A DNA stretch of 64,000 bases from an uncultured Gemmiger sp. Its GTDB lineage: Bacteria; Bacillota; Clostridia; Oscillospirales; Ruminococcaceae. The position numbers and the translations under genes were made by a program. This document shows, piece after piece, positions 38,740 through 50,325 of this stretch. Within the stretch, counting starts at the first letter, position 1. Every line of letters begins with the position of its first letter. The stretch covers positions 108,161 through 172,160 of the forward strand of contig CALXAH010000001.1 in NCBI GenBank assembly GCA_944386225.1. Reading direction: 5' to 3'. The notes under the pieces are model-generated. The model saw only the letters and a list, made by a program, of their open reading frames with translations, was not told the DNA's origin and ran no database searches.

Positions 38740-41667
38740 TCACTGTTTGCCAGGGTGGTTGCGCTGCTTTTCATCCAGCGCCGCGAACAGGCTGCGCAGC
38801 CGGATGTTGACAGCGCCCAGGTTGGTGATCTCGTCGATCTTCAGCTGGGTGTACAGCTTGCCGCCGTCGTGCAGGATCTCCCTTGTCTCGTCGGTGGTGA
38901 TGGCGTCCAGGCCGCAGCCGAAACTCACCAGCTGCACCAGTTCCATATCGGGCTGGGTGGTGCAGTATTTGGCGGCGGCGTACAGGCGGCTGTGGTAGGT
39001 CCACTGGTTGAGCACGGTGGTGGCAAATTTCTCCTGCAGCCAGCTTACGCTGTCCTCGGTGACAACGGCGGCCCCGTGGCGGCAGATCAGCTTGTCGATG
39101 CCGTGGTTGACCTCCGGGTCCACATGGTAGGGGCGGCCCGCCAGCACCACGATCCGCTTGCCCTCGGCCCGGGCCTGTTTGATGATCTCGGCGCCCTTGG
39201 CCCGCACCTGGGCCATGTGCCGCTCGTACTCGGCCCAGGCCGCGTCGGTGGCGGCGGCCACCTCCGCCTTGGAGATGCCCGCGAAATATTTGGCCAGGAT
39301 GGCGGTCATGTGCACCACAAAGTCCTTGCGCCGGTGGATGCCCACATAGTCATAGATGAACTTGGTGCCCTCCAGCTCGGGGCAGTTGCCGGCAATGACC
39401 TCCGGGTAGTAGGCCACCACCGGGCAGTTGTAGTGGTTCTGGCCCAGGCCCTCGTCCACGTTGTAGGTCATGCAGGGGTAGAAGATGGCGTCCAGCCCCA
39501 TCTGCGCCAGCGCGTGGATGTGCCCGTGGGCCATCTTGGCGGGGAAGCAGGCGGTATCGCTGGGGATGGTGCCCTGGCCGGACTGGTACAGTTCCCGGCT
39601 GGAGACCGGGCTGGTGACCACCGCAAAGCCCAGGCTGGTGAAGAACGCGTGCCAGAAGGGCAGCAGCTCGTACATGTTCAGCGCCAGAGGGATGCCGATG
39701 CGGCCCCGGGTGCCGCTGCCCGGCTGGTAGGCAGCCAGCAGCTGCTGCTTGTACTCATACAGGTTCAGGCTGTCGGCGGCGGCCCGGCCGGTGACCGGCC
39801 GCTCGCAGCGGTTGCCGCTGATCAGCTTTTTGCCGCCGGGGAACAGGTTGACGGTCAGCTGGCAGTGGTTGCCGCACAGGCCGCACTGCACGTTCTTGAC
39901 CTGCTGGGTGAAGTTTTCCAGATCCGCGGGGCCCAGCAGGGCGCTGGCATGGCCCGTGCCCACCAGGCCCTTGCCGTAGAGGGCCGCGCCGAAGGCGCCC
40001 ATCAGGCCGGCGATGTCCGGACGGATGACCTCCACCCCCATCTCCTGCTCAAAGGCGCGCAGCACAGCCTCGTTGTAGAAGGTGCCGCCCTGTACCACGA
40101 TGTTGCGGCCCAGTTCCTCCGGGCGGGAGGCGCGGATGACCTTGTACAGGGCGTTCTTGACCACGCTGATGGACAGGCCGGCGGAGATGTTCTCCACGGT
40201 GGCGCCGTCCTTCTGGGCCTGCTTGACGCTGGAATTCATGAACACGGTGCAGCGGCTGCCCAGATCCACCGGCCGGTCGGCAAACAGGCCCAGGGCGGCG
40301 AACTCCTTTACATCATAGCCCAGCGCCTGGGCGAAGGTCTGCAAAAAGCTGCCGCAGCCGGAGGAGCAGGCCTCGTTCAGGAAGATGTCACTGATGGCGC
40401 CGTCGGCGATCTTGAAGCACTTCATGTCCTGGCCGCCGATGTCGATGATGAAGTCCACCTCGGGCATGAAATGGCGGGCGGCGGTGAAGTGGGCCACCGT
40501 TTCCACTACCCCGAAATCCGCCCCGAAAGCCTGCTTGACCAGTTCTTCGCCGTAGCCGGTGGCGGTGGCGCTGGCCACCTGCAGGCCGGGATGGGCGGCG
40601 TAGAGTTTCTGCAGCACCTCCCGGATCAGGGGCACCGGGTTGCCCAGGTTGGGCTGGTAGCTGGTAAAGAGCAGGTTGGCCTCGTCGTCGATCACCACCA
40701 GCTTGACGGTGGTGCTGCCGGAGTCGATGCCGATATGTACCGGCCCCACATCCGGGCCGAAGGGCCGGTGGGGCACGCTGGCTTTCAGGTGACGGGCATG
40801 GAATTCGTCGTATTCCTGCTTGCTCTTGAACAGCGGCGGCTGGCTGGCGTAGTCCGCCTGGGCGCTGTACTGTTCCAGCCGGTCGGCCAGCTGGGGCAGG
40901 TTGAATTCCTGATCGGCGTAGAGGGCCGCGCCCAGGGCCACAAACAGCAGGCTGTTTTCCGGGCAGGTGCCGGTGACCTCCAGGGTGCGGTCAAAGCTCT
41001 GGCGCAGCACGGTGCTGAAGGTGAGCGGCCCGCCCAGATACAGCACCTTGCCCTTGATGGGCCGGCCCTGGGCCAGGCCCGCGATGGTCTGGTTGACCAC
41101 CGCCTGGTAGATGCTGGCGGCGATGTCCTCGGCGCGGGCGCCCTGGTTGATCAGGGGCTGGATGTCGCTTTTGGCAAACACGCCGCAGCGGCTGGCGATG
41201 GTGTAGGTCTTTTCCGCTTTCTGCGCGGCGGCGTCCATCTCGTCCGCCCCCATCTTCAGCAGGGTAGCCATCTGGTCGATGAAGGCGCCGGTGCCGCCGG
41301 CGCAGCTGCCGTTCATCCGCACCTCGGTGCCGCCGGACAAAAACAGGATCTTGGCGTCCTCGCCGCCCAGCTCGATGATCACGTCGGTGTCCGGGCACAG
41401 GCGGGTGGCGGCCACGCGGGTGGAGAACACCTCCTGCACAAAGGGCACCCCACAGCTTTGCGCCAGGCCCATGCCGGCGCTGCCGGAAATGGCCAGCTTG
41501 GCGGTGGCGGCGGGAATAGCCTCCCGCACCACCCGCAGCAGCAGTTCCCGGGCTTTTTCCACGATGTGGCTGTAATGGCGTTCGTAGGTGTGGAACACCA
41601 GGTTGTCTTGGTCGTCCAGCACGGCGCACTTGATGGTGGTGCTGCCGATGTCCAGGCCAACTCTCAT
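38740..41667 (-). CDS. CoA-substrate-specific enzyme activase-type protein: two BadF/BadG/BcrA/BcrD (HgdC-like) ATPase domains plus a dehydratase-like C-terminal domain
   Basis: Two actin-fold phosphate-1 motifs 'VGLDIGSTTIK' and 'IGIDSGSTTVK'. Cluster-bridging Cys contexts 'ASRCGVFAKSD' and 'GSRCTVFMNSS'. Cys-rich 'CGLCGNHC'. GGGAGG RBS upstream of the ATG at 41667. Confidence 0.88.
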   Translation of the reverse strand: MRVGLDIGSTTIKCAVLDDQDNLVFHTYERHYSHIVEKARELLLRVVREAIPAATAKLAISGSAGMGLAQSCGVPFVQEVFSTRVAATRLCPDTDVIIELGGEDAKILFLSGGTEVRMNGSCAGGTGAFIDQMATLLKMGADEMDAAAQKAEKTYTIASRCGVFAKSDIQPLINQGARAEDIAASIYQAVVNQTIAGLAQGRPIKGKVLYLGGPLTFSTVLRQSFDRTLEVTGTCPENSLLFVALGAALYADQEFNLPQLADRLEQYSAQADYASQPPLFKSKQEYDEFHARHLKASVPHRPFGPDVGPVHIGIDSGSTTVKLVVIDDEANLLFTSYQPNLGNPVPLIREVLQKLYAAHPGLQVASATATGYGEELVKQAFGADFGVVETVAHFTAARHFMPEVDFIIDIGGQDMKCFKIADGAISDIFLNEACSSGCGSFLQTFAQALGYDVKEFAALGLFADRPVDLGSRCTVFMNSSVKQAQKDGATVENISAGLSISVVKNALYKVIRASRPEELGRNIVVQGGTFYNEAVLRAFEQEMGVEVIRPDIAGLMGAFGAALYGKGLVGTGHASALLGPADLENFTQQVKNVQCGLCGNHCQLTVNLFPGGKKLISGNRCERPVTGRAAADSLNLYEYKQQLLAAYQPGSGTRGRIGIPLALNMYELLPFWHAFFTSLGFAVVTSPVSSRELYQSGQGTIPSDTACFPAKMAHGHIHALAQMGLDAIFYPCMTYNVDEGLGQNHYNCPVVAYYPEVIAGNCPELEGTKFIYDYVGIHRRKDFVVHMTAILAKYFAGISKAEVAAATDAAWAEYERHMAQVRAKGAEIIKQARAEGKRIVVLAGRPYHVDPEVNHGIDKLICRHGAAVVTEDSVSWLQEKFATTVLNQWTYHSRLYAAAKYCTTQPDMELVQLVSFGCGLDAITTDETREILHDGGKLYTQLKIDEITNLGAVNIRLRSLFAALDEKQRNHPGKQ

Positions 41668-42006
41668 ACCGTTACCTCCCTCTCCCTTGCACCGTCCCCC
41701 GACGGCGCAAAACAAAAAAAGAACGAATCAACCGCGCGGCCCGACCGGGCCCTACAGGCCCGCGGACACGCGCGGCAGGTTTGGATGCACTGTCCGAACC
41801 GCCGCGGCGGGCCCGTCCGTCCGGGGGCCTTCCCAGCCGGGCAAACGGCCTCGCAGCGCGCTTTTTGCGGGCCGTGCGGCAATAATTTAGTACACGTTAC
41901 ATATTAAAACACTCCACTCGACAAAATGTCAAGTGGTTTGCCCCTGACAGCTGCCCAAAGGCAGATTTTGCCGCAAAAACCCGGGCAAAAAGCGCGGAAT
42001 CCCCTC

Positions 42007-42035
42007 TTGCACGTCCGGGCAAGGTGTGGTATAGT
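42007..42035 (+). promoter_or_regulatory. Sigma-A-type promoter of the FMN-binding lipoprotein gene
   Basis: TTGCAC (42007..42012), a 17-nt spacer, then TATAGT (42030..42035). Confidence 0.7.
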
Positions 42036-42094
42036 GGGGCCATCGGGCGGGAACACTGATACCGTCCTACCTATTAAAAAGGAGATTGAGTAAA

Positions 42095-42457
42095 ATGAAA
42101 CGTTCTGCAATCCGTATTGCCGTTCTGGTTTTGGTTCTGGCTCTGACCGCCGGTCTGCTGACCGCCTGCGGCGGCGGCGACAAGGCTGCCTACACCGCCG
42201 GCACCTACACCGGCACCGCCCAGGGCTACGGCGGCGAGGTCACCGTGACCATCACCGTGGACGCCAGCAGCATCACCGACGTGACCATCGAGGGCGCTGA
42301 CGAGACCCCCGAGGTGGGCGGCGCGGCTCTGGACACCCTGGCCGAGTCCATCAAGACCGCCGGCAGCGCCGAGATCGACGGCGTGGCGGGCGCCACCGTT
42401 ACCAGCGACGCGGTGAAGGCCGCCGCCGCTGACGCTCTGGCTCAGGCGCAGGGCTAA
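42095..42457 (+). CDS. FMN-binding-domain lipoprotein
   Basis: Lipobox 'LLTAC'. A single FMN_bind-type domain ending 'IDGVAGATVTSDAV'. AAGGAG RBS. Confidence 0.85.
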   Translation: MKRSAIRIAVLVLVLALTAGLLTACGGGDKAAYTAGTYTGTAQGYGGEVTVTITVDASSITDVTIEGADETPEVGGAALDTLAESIKTAGSAEIDGVAGATVTSDAVKAAAADALAQAQG

Positions 42458-42473
42458 GGTCGGATTTTTCAGC

Positions 42474-42527
42474 GAAAAAACGCCCGGGGCGGATCGTGCT
42501 TTTCACGATCCGCCCCGGGCCGTTTTA
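42474..42527. terminator. Bidirectional terminator
   Basis: 17-bp perfect stem (42482..42498 pairs with 42504..42520). Flanked by A6 on the left and GTTTT on the right. Confidence 0.85.
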
Positions 42528-42575
42528 CAAGGATCCCTGTGAAGGAGGACGCCACTTCTGGCAGGCCGGGCTAAA

Positions 42576-44465
42576 TCACAGCCCGGTACCGGTCAGTGTG
42601 GTAGAGTTCATGCAGAGACAAAGAGTCACCAACATACCGTTTACGATTCCGCCGATATATGGATTCCGGGTGCGCTTGTAGATTGCCCGTGCAATATAGG
42701 GGGTGATAAACAAGATCAGTACAGCGGTATGGAGCCAGGTCGGAATACGAGCTTCCGCACCGGTACCCCACATCTGGAATCCGGTAGAAACGAACACTGT
42801 GTACTGGATTACAATGAAGATCAGGGGAGCCAGACAGTTCAGCAACCCCAGCACCAACATATTGACCCATTCTTTCTTGCCCAAAGCATTGCTGTATCCC
42901 TGCACATTGATTGCTACGGAATTAGCGACAAAGAACAACAGGAACAGCGGGAGAAATGTAAGGGTCGGAAGGATCTTGGCCGCCGGGAAGGCTTTTGCCG
43001 ACCATTGCCAGAAGCGGAAATCCGTCTGGAAGAAATAATCCGCAAAGAAAACAATGCTCCAGGCGCCCACAATCGTGACAATGGCAATTGCTACCGTTTT
43101 CAGGATATTCTTGCGAGGCAGGATGAGACCAGCTTCCCGGAGATCCACACCACGTTTTTTTGCATAGCCATAGTACCAGGCCGCAACCGTGGCAATGATA
43201 ACCAGTGCATTGAGGGCTGCCCAGCCGGCAATGCAGAAAGTATTCTTTTGCTGCCAGACCGGGTCTATCCGGCTGTACATGGTACTGTGCATAATCTGCC
43301 AGAAGATAAAAGCAGACGCGCCAATCTTGACTGCCGAGGTTCCCAGCGCCCAAATCCGATCTTTTCCATCCGCATTTTGTCGCATCTCCACCGGTCGTTT
43401 CAGACCTTCGAACACCCGTGTGTTCAGTAGCTCAATGGCAAAGGCGGCGAGGAAGATCCAGAATCCGGCCAGGCCCAAAGCTCCAAGTGCCGCCTTCAGC
43501 GGCCAAATCTGCTCATTCGGCGTCAACCTTGTTTGGGTGGGGAAAATCTGCTCCAAGAAAGTAATACCGTCATTGACCACAGCGGTCGATAACCAGCACT
43601 GCGCATGGATCGCGGAGGGATTGTAAATGACCCGTACCGCCTGTCGTTCTCCTACCGTCTGAGTATAGAACTTTCCTTCCTCCACCTTTTCTTCCGAAAA
43701 GGCCTGTGGACCATTTCCAAAGCTCACAAATGCTTTCGCCATCGTTGTGCTTAAATATTCCCGTGTGGCCGTTACTGGCTTGGAGTTCTCCTTGACGGTG
43801 AAGAAGTAGTCATCATACTGCCCTGCGATCAGCGCCACATCCCGGTTTCCATAAATGTTGTTGTAGGTACCGCTGCTGGTCGATACGCCAAAGGTATCGG
43901 TATTGTTCTCGTCCGCCTCCATGATGACCGGATCATATGCAATCAGCAAGCAGGCCTTAATCAGGTTCGTTTCATTTTCATTATCGATCACCACAGCCTT
44001 ACTGCAGGCATTCGCCCCGGCAGAATGGCCGCTGATCACAATCTTGTCCTTGTCCACATACGGCAGGGTGGCAACGTAGGCTGCCGCGTCATACATTCCG
44101 TTGCCTCCATCCCACACAGCCACATTATCCAAGTCTTCGGAATTACCATGGGAATACATATCATAGGTAAAGACGACATACCCGCGCCGGGAATATTCAA
44201 CCGCGAACAGGTCACCGTTTTCTTTGTTATTGTACCATCCGTGCGCATATACCACCACAGGGGCCGGGTTCTCCGCCGTAGCGCTTTTCGGAATAAACAG
44301 CTTGGCACTCATGGTATGCCCTGATATGCTCTCCAACGTGAGGGTCTTCACGGTGACCGTTCCGCCCCCCGACTGAATAAAACTGGTTCCTATCATGCTG
44401 ACGAGCATCATGATCACCGCAATCAACAGGGCGTACCTTGCTTTATCTTTGATTCGTCCAAACAT
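42576..44465 (-). CDS. Fusion of an N-terminally anchored alpha/beta hydrolase with a C-terminal polytopic membrane domain; the gene has markedly low GC
   Basis: 629 aa with 'VVVYAHGW' and nucleophile elbow 'ISGHSAGANA', followed by about 8 TM helices. Its AAGGAGGAG RBS lies in the last codons of larA. Confidence 0.8.
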   Translation of the reverse strand: MFGRIKDKARYALLIAVIMMLVSMIGTSFIQSGGGTVTVKTLTLESISGHTMSAKLFIPKSATAENPAPVVVYAHGWYNNKENGDLFAVEYSRRGYVVFTYDMYSHGNSEDLDNVAVWDGGNGMYDAAAYVATLPYVDKDKIVISGHSAGANACSKAVVIDNENETNLIKACLLIAYDPVIMEADENNTDTFGVSTSSGTYNNIYGNRDVALIAGQYDDYFFTVKENSKPVTATREYLSTTMAKAFVSFGNGPQAFSEEKVEEGKFYTQTVGERQAVRVIYNPSAIHAQCWLSTAVVNDGITFLEQIFPTQTRLTPNEQIWPLKAALGALGLAGFWIFLAAFAIELLNTRVFEGLKRPVEMRQNADGKDRIWALGTSAVKIGASAFIFWQIMHSTMYSRIDPVWQQKNTFCIAGWAALNALVIIATVAAWYYGYAKKRGVDLREAGLILPRKNILKTVAIAIVTIVGAWSIVFFADYFFQTDFRFWQWSAKAFPAAKILPTLTFLPLFLLFFVANSVAINVQGYSNALGKKEWVNMLVLGLLNCLAPLIFIVIQYTVFVSTGFQMWGTGAEARIPTWLHTAVLILFITPYIARAIYKRTRNPYIGGIVNGMLVTLCLCMNSTTLTGTGL

Positions 44466-44468
44466 TGA

Positions 44469-45791
44469 CTACTCCTCCTTTGCTTTGAAACGCGAAGATG
44501 TTTTTCGTCTCTGCCATGTTTCCACCGTGATCGTCCCCACGCCGTCCGGGATCACGGTAAGCGGCTGCGGGCCGCCCAGCAGCTGGTCGGCCAGGCCGAT
44601 CGCTTCCTCCAGCGATCCGGCGGGCACCAGCCCCATACGGGCCGCCAGCTCTCCGGGCTGGCGGCTTACCAGGATCACCCGATGGTTTTCCATCACTCGG
44701 GCCAGGATCTGGCTTTGCCATTGGTCGGGCCGGGTCTCGGTGGCGGGCACCGCCCGGATCGCCCGCAGGATCTCCGCGGGGCCACCGCCCTGGGCAAAGG
44801 TGTCGTAAAAGACCTGGCCGCCATGCCCGTCCCGGCAGGCTGCCGCCGCGATGATGACACCGCCCGGGCTGCATACGCGGGCTGCCGTAGAGATGCACTT
44901 GACCGCCTGGTAAATGTTTTGATCCAGCGGATAGCCGCCGTTGCTGGTGATCACCACCGGGCAGGGCCCCTGTACACGGGTACTGCACAGCCGGCCTGCA
45001 AACGCCGCGCCCTCCTGATGGGCGGCGCGGAAATCACCGGCAAAGGCCCCGATCACCTGCTTGTCCGGCCCGCAGACCACGTTCAGGATGAACGCCAGGC
45101 CGGCGCGCCGCGCGCCCTCCACCATGTCCCGGTGGATCGGATTGTCCGTCAGGCTGCCGCAGCGGGCGGCGGGGTGATCGATCAGCCGGGAGCAGTGGTT
45201 AGCGTACACCGTGACCGTGGAGCAGATCCCCGGCAGTACGCTTTTGCGGCCGCCGGAAAATCCCGCAAAGAAATGCGGTTCGATGAAGCCCTCCGCCACC
45301 AGCAGATCCGCTTCCGCCGCCAGCCGGTTTACCGCCAGCGGCGCCCCGGAGGGAAGCACGCCCAGATCGACCATCTGGTCGCTTTGGGTACTGTCGTGGA
45401 TGACCACCGGGATCTTGTCCAGGATCTCCCGGCCAAACTTTTTTTCCAGTTCCTCGGGGGTGGTGCCCCGGTGGCAGCCGGTGGCGATCAGGATGGTCAC
45501 CTGGGCGTCCGGGTTGCCCTGATAGATCTGCTCCAGCATGGCCGGCACCAACAGGCGGCTGGGCACCGGGCGGGTATGGTCGCTGGCGATCAGGACCACC
45601 CGGTTTTTGCCCCTGGCCAGCTGGCGCAGCGGCGGGCTGCCGATGGGATGCTCCATGGCCTGACGGATCAGTTCCTCCGGGCTCAGCGGCGGCGTATAGC
45701 GGTGCAGCTCACTGTGCGCGGTCTGCACCGCGCGCCCCGGATCGACGTTGGCGGTCAGGAAGCCCTCGTCATAGGGAAGTGTTATGGTCAT
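44469..45791 (-). CDS. larA: LarA-family nickel-pincer-cofactor-dependent 2-hydroxyacid racemase/epimerase (DUF2088)
   Basis: 440 aa with 'IASDHTRP', 'ATGCHRGTT', 'GFIEPHFFAGFSGGRKSVLPG' and 'YANHCS', which fit the LarA active-site His/Lys pattern. GGAAAGGA RBS upstream of the ATG at 45791. Confidence 0.83.
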   Translation of the reverse strand: MTITLPYDEGFLTANVDPGRAVQTAHSELHRYTPPLSPEELIRQAMEHPIGSPPLRQLARGKNRVVLIASDHTRPVPSRLLVPAMLEQIYQGNPDAQVTILIATGCHRGTTPEELEKKFGREILDKIPVVIHDSTQSDQMVDLGVLPSGAPLAVNRLAAEADLLVAEGFIEPHFFAGFSGGRKSVLPGICSTVTVYANHCSRLIDHPAARCGSLTDNPIHRDMVEGARRAGLAFILNVVCGPDKQVIGAFAGDFRAAHQEGAAFAGRLCSTRVQGPCPVVITSNGGYPLDQNIYQAVKCISTAARVCSPGGVIIAAAACRDGHGGQVFYDTFAQGGGPAEILRAIRAVPATETRPDQWQSQILARVMENHRVILVSRQPGELAARMGLVPAGSLEEAIGLADQLLGGPQPLTVIPDGVGTITVETWQRRKTSSRFKAKEE

Positions 45792-46015
45792 ATGCGGTCC
45801 TTTCCCGGCGGCGGCCTGCGCCGTCCCGGTCTTGTTGCTTGCACAGCGGGGCGTCCCCCGCCGTACCCAAACGATACGCGCATTTCGTTCTGCTTCAAGG
45901 ATAGCACAGTTTGTTTTCACAAGATACGGCCCAGAAACCAAAATCCCCCAGGATTTTCTGTTCCTCAGACATATTCGTTTTCAACTCCCCCGGATGTTTT
46001 TGTGCAAAATCAATA

Positions 46016-46049
46016 AACGGCCCCTTCCTGTTGAGAAAGGGACCGTTTG
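46016..46049 (-). terminator. Probable terminator after the cdaR-like gene
   Basis: 11-bp stem with one mismatch: AACGGCCCCTT pairs with AAGGGACCGTT. On the minus strand ATTGATTTT follows. Confidence 0.55.
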
Positions 46050-46063
46050 GCGTGGACTGCAGA

Positions 46064-47206
46064 TCAGCGTCCGCCGCGGCGGTCATAAAATGTCATGGCC
46101 AGGTAATACAGCGGCGCGTGGTCCAGCCGGCGGGGATCGAAGCCTGTCTGCTGGGCCAGGCGGTTGATCTTGTACTGCAGGGTATTCTTGTGGATATACA
46201 GTTGGGCCGAGGCCTGGGTCAGCGAGCCGTTGCAGGCATACAGCACCCGCAGCATCTGGATGTCGGTCTCGATCTGTTCCGGCGTGCAGCCCCGAAAGAT
46301 CCGCCGCACAAACTCCGCCCGGCTGGCCGGGGCGATCTCGTTGATAAAGATCTCCAGCAGGATGTCGTCGTAACTCACGATCCCCTCGGCACGGCACCGG
46401 GCATGGGGGGCGTCCAGCGCCTTTTTGGCCCGGATAAACCCCTCCCGGATCTGCCCGCCGCTGACCGGCGTGCTGTCCAGTCCTGCGTGCAGCCAGCACC
46501 CGCAGCGGCTGTGGATCTCCCGCCGGATACGGGCGGCCAGGGCCACAGCCTGCCGGTCTTCCCGGTCGGTCATCAGAACCACAAAGCTGGTGCCGCTGCT
46601 GGTGGTAATGTTGCGGGCATCCTCTTTGAGCAGACGGCGCAGGGTGTGCTCCACCTGATCCACCACCTGCTGGCTCACCGCGCTGTCTTCCCGTTCCTCC
46701 AGCGCAAACACCGCCACCCGGCGGGGCAGGGTCACATCGATTCCCAGCGCCTGTCCGTGGTTGACCAGTGCCGGGCTCATCCGCAGTTCATCGGTCATGA
46801 GCCATTCCTGCACAAACCGGCTGCGGGCGCTGCGCTCCATCCGTTTCTGCTCTTTCAGATACTCATCCAGCAGCAGGATCTCGGTCATCTTCTTGATAAC
46901 CTGCCCGTAGCGGCTTACCTGGGTATATTCGCCGGTGATGCCCACTACCCCCACGATCTCATCCTCAAACTCCAGTGCCAGGTTGATGCCGCTTCGGGTG
47001 CCCTGGTAGGTGGTGTCATCCGGCACGATCAGCTCCCGCAGACCCTCGTCCAGCATCTTGCGGGTTGCCTCGTGAAAATCTCCGATCCGGCTTTCGTCGG
47101 TGCAGGCGATGATCCGGCAGGAAGAGTCCATAAAGGTCAGGTCCTCATGGATGATCTTTTTCAGTTCGGTCACAATGCTCATCGCCGTGCTTGCCGCAAT
47201 ATGCAA
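46064..47206 (-). CDS. CdaR/PucR-family (sugar diacid regulator-like) transcriptional regulator
   Basis: N-terminal diacid-recognition-type domain 'IACTDESRIGDFHEA...GINLALEFEDEIVGVVGITG'. C-terminal PucR HTH 'LYIHKNTLQYKINRL'. TTG at 47206 has GGGAGGAAAG 8 nt upstream; the ATG at 47182 is an alternative start. Confidence 0.85.
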   Translation of the reverse strand: MHIAASTAMSIVTELKKIIHEDLTFMDSSCRIIACTDESRIGDFHEATRKMLDEGLRELIVPDDTTYQGTRSGINLALEFEDEIVGVVGITGEYTQVSRYGQVIKKMTEILLLDEYLKEQKRMERSARSRFVQEWLMTDELRMSPALVNHGQALGIDVTLPRRVAVFALEEREDSAVSQQVVDQVEHTLRRLLKEDARNITTSSGTSFVVLMTDREDRQAVALAARIRREIHSRCGCWLHAGLDSTPVSGGQIREGFIRAKKALDAPHARCRAEGIVSYDDILLEIFINEIAPASRAEFVRRIFRGCTPEQIETDIQMLRVLYACNGSLTQASAQLYIHKNTLQYKINRLAQQTGFDPRRLDHAPLYYLAMTFYDRRGGR

Positions 47207-47267
47207 CGTTCTTTCCTCCCGATCTTCTTTTTTTCGAGGGTAGCACATTGGCGCCCCAAATGCAAGC

Positions 47268-47298
47268 CGCAAAAACGCCCGGCCATGTGGCCGGGCGT
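47268..47298 (-). terminator. secA terminator
   Basis: 10-bp stem: ACGCCCGGCC pairs with GGCCGGGCGT. On the minus strand TTTTT follows. Confidence 0.8.
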
Positions 47299-47313
47299 CG
47301 CGTCTGTGAGCGT

Positions 47314-50082
<2,769 letters not shown>

Positions 50083-50167
50083 GATAATTTCCCCCTCTGT
50101 AATTCACTTGCAAACTGGCCGCGCCCCGGCTTTTCGCCTTATAAAAGGGCATACGGCTGACCTTATC

Positions 50168-50197
50168 ATATTACTACGAATGCACAAAGCCTGTCAA
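50168..50197 (-). promoter_or_regulatory. Sigma-A-type promoter of secA
   Basis: On the minus strand: TTGACA (50192..50197), an 18-nt spacer, then TAATAT (50168..50173). Confidence 0.6.
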
Positions 50198-50237
50198 ATC
50201 AGGCCTGTGACAAAACTGTTAATTTTTGCCGCTTTTC

Positions 50238-50266
50238 TTGACTTCCCTGCATAATCGCAGTATCAT
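50238..50266 (+). promoter_or_regulatory. Sigma-A-type promoter of the hemolysin III-family gene
   Basis: TTGACT (50238..50243), a 17-nt spacer, then TATCAT (50261..50266). Confidence 0.6.
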
Positions 50267-50325
50267 AAGCGCATGATATAGTATTTAATACTACATGATG
50301 CATTTTTCAAGAGGGGGTCTGGGCC

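Noticed and set aside
38725-38745. Whether the split between the activase and the DUF2229-like protein is a pseudogenising frameshift
   Set aside because: The downstream ORF has its own RBS (GTGAGGTGA) and an ATG 9 nt after a clean stop. Both ORFs are intact end to end. The split form looks genuine.
36409-41907. 1832-aa ORF antisense to the exonuclease and activase operon, the longest ORF in the window
   Set aside because: Same reasoning. It runs opposite three genes that have clear motifs and strong RBSs. It has no RBS, a repetitive Gly/Ala/Leu/Gln/His composition and no recognisable domain.
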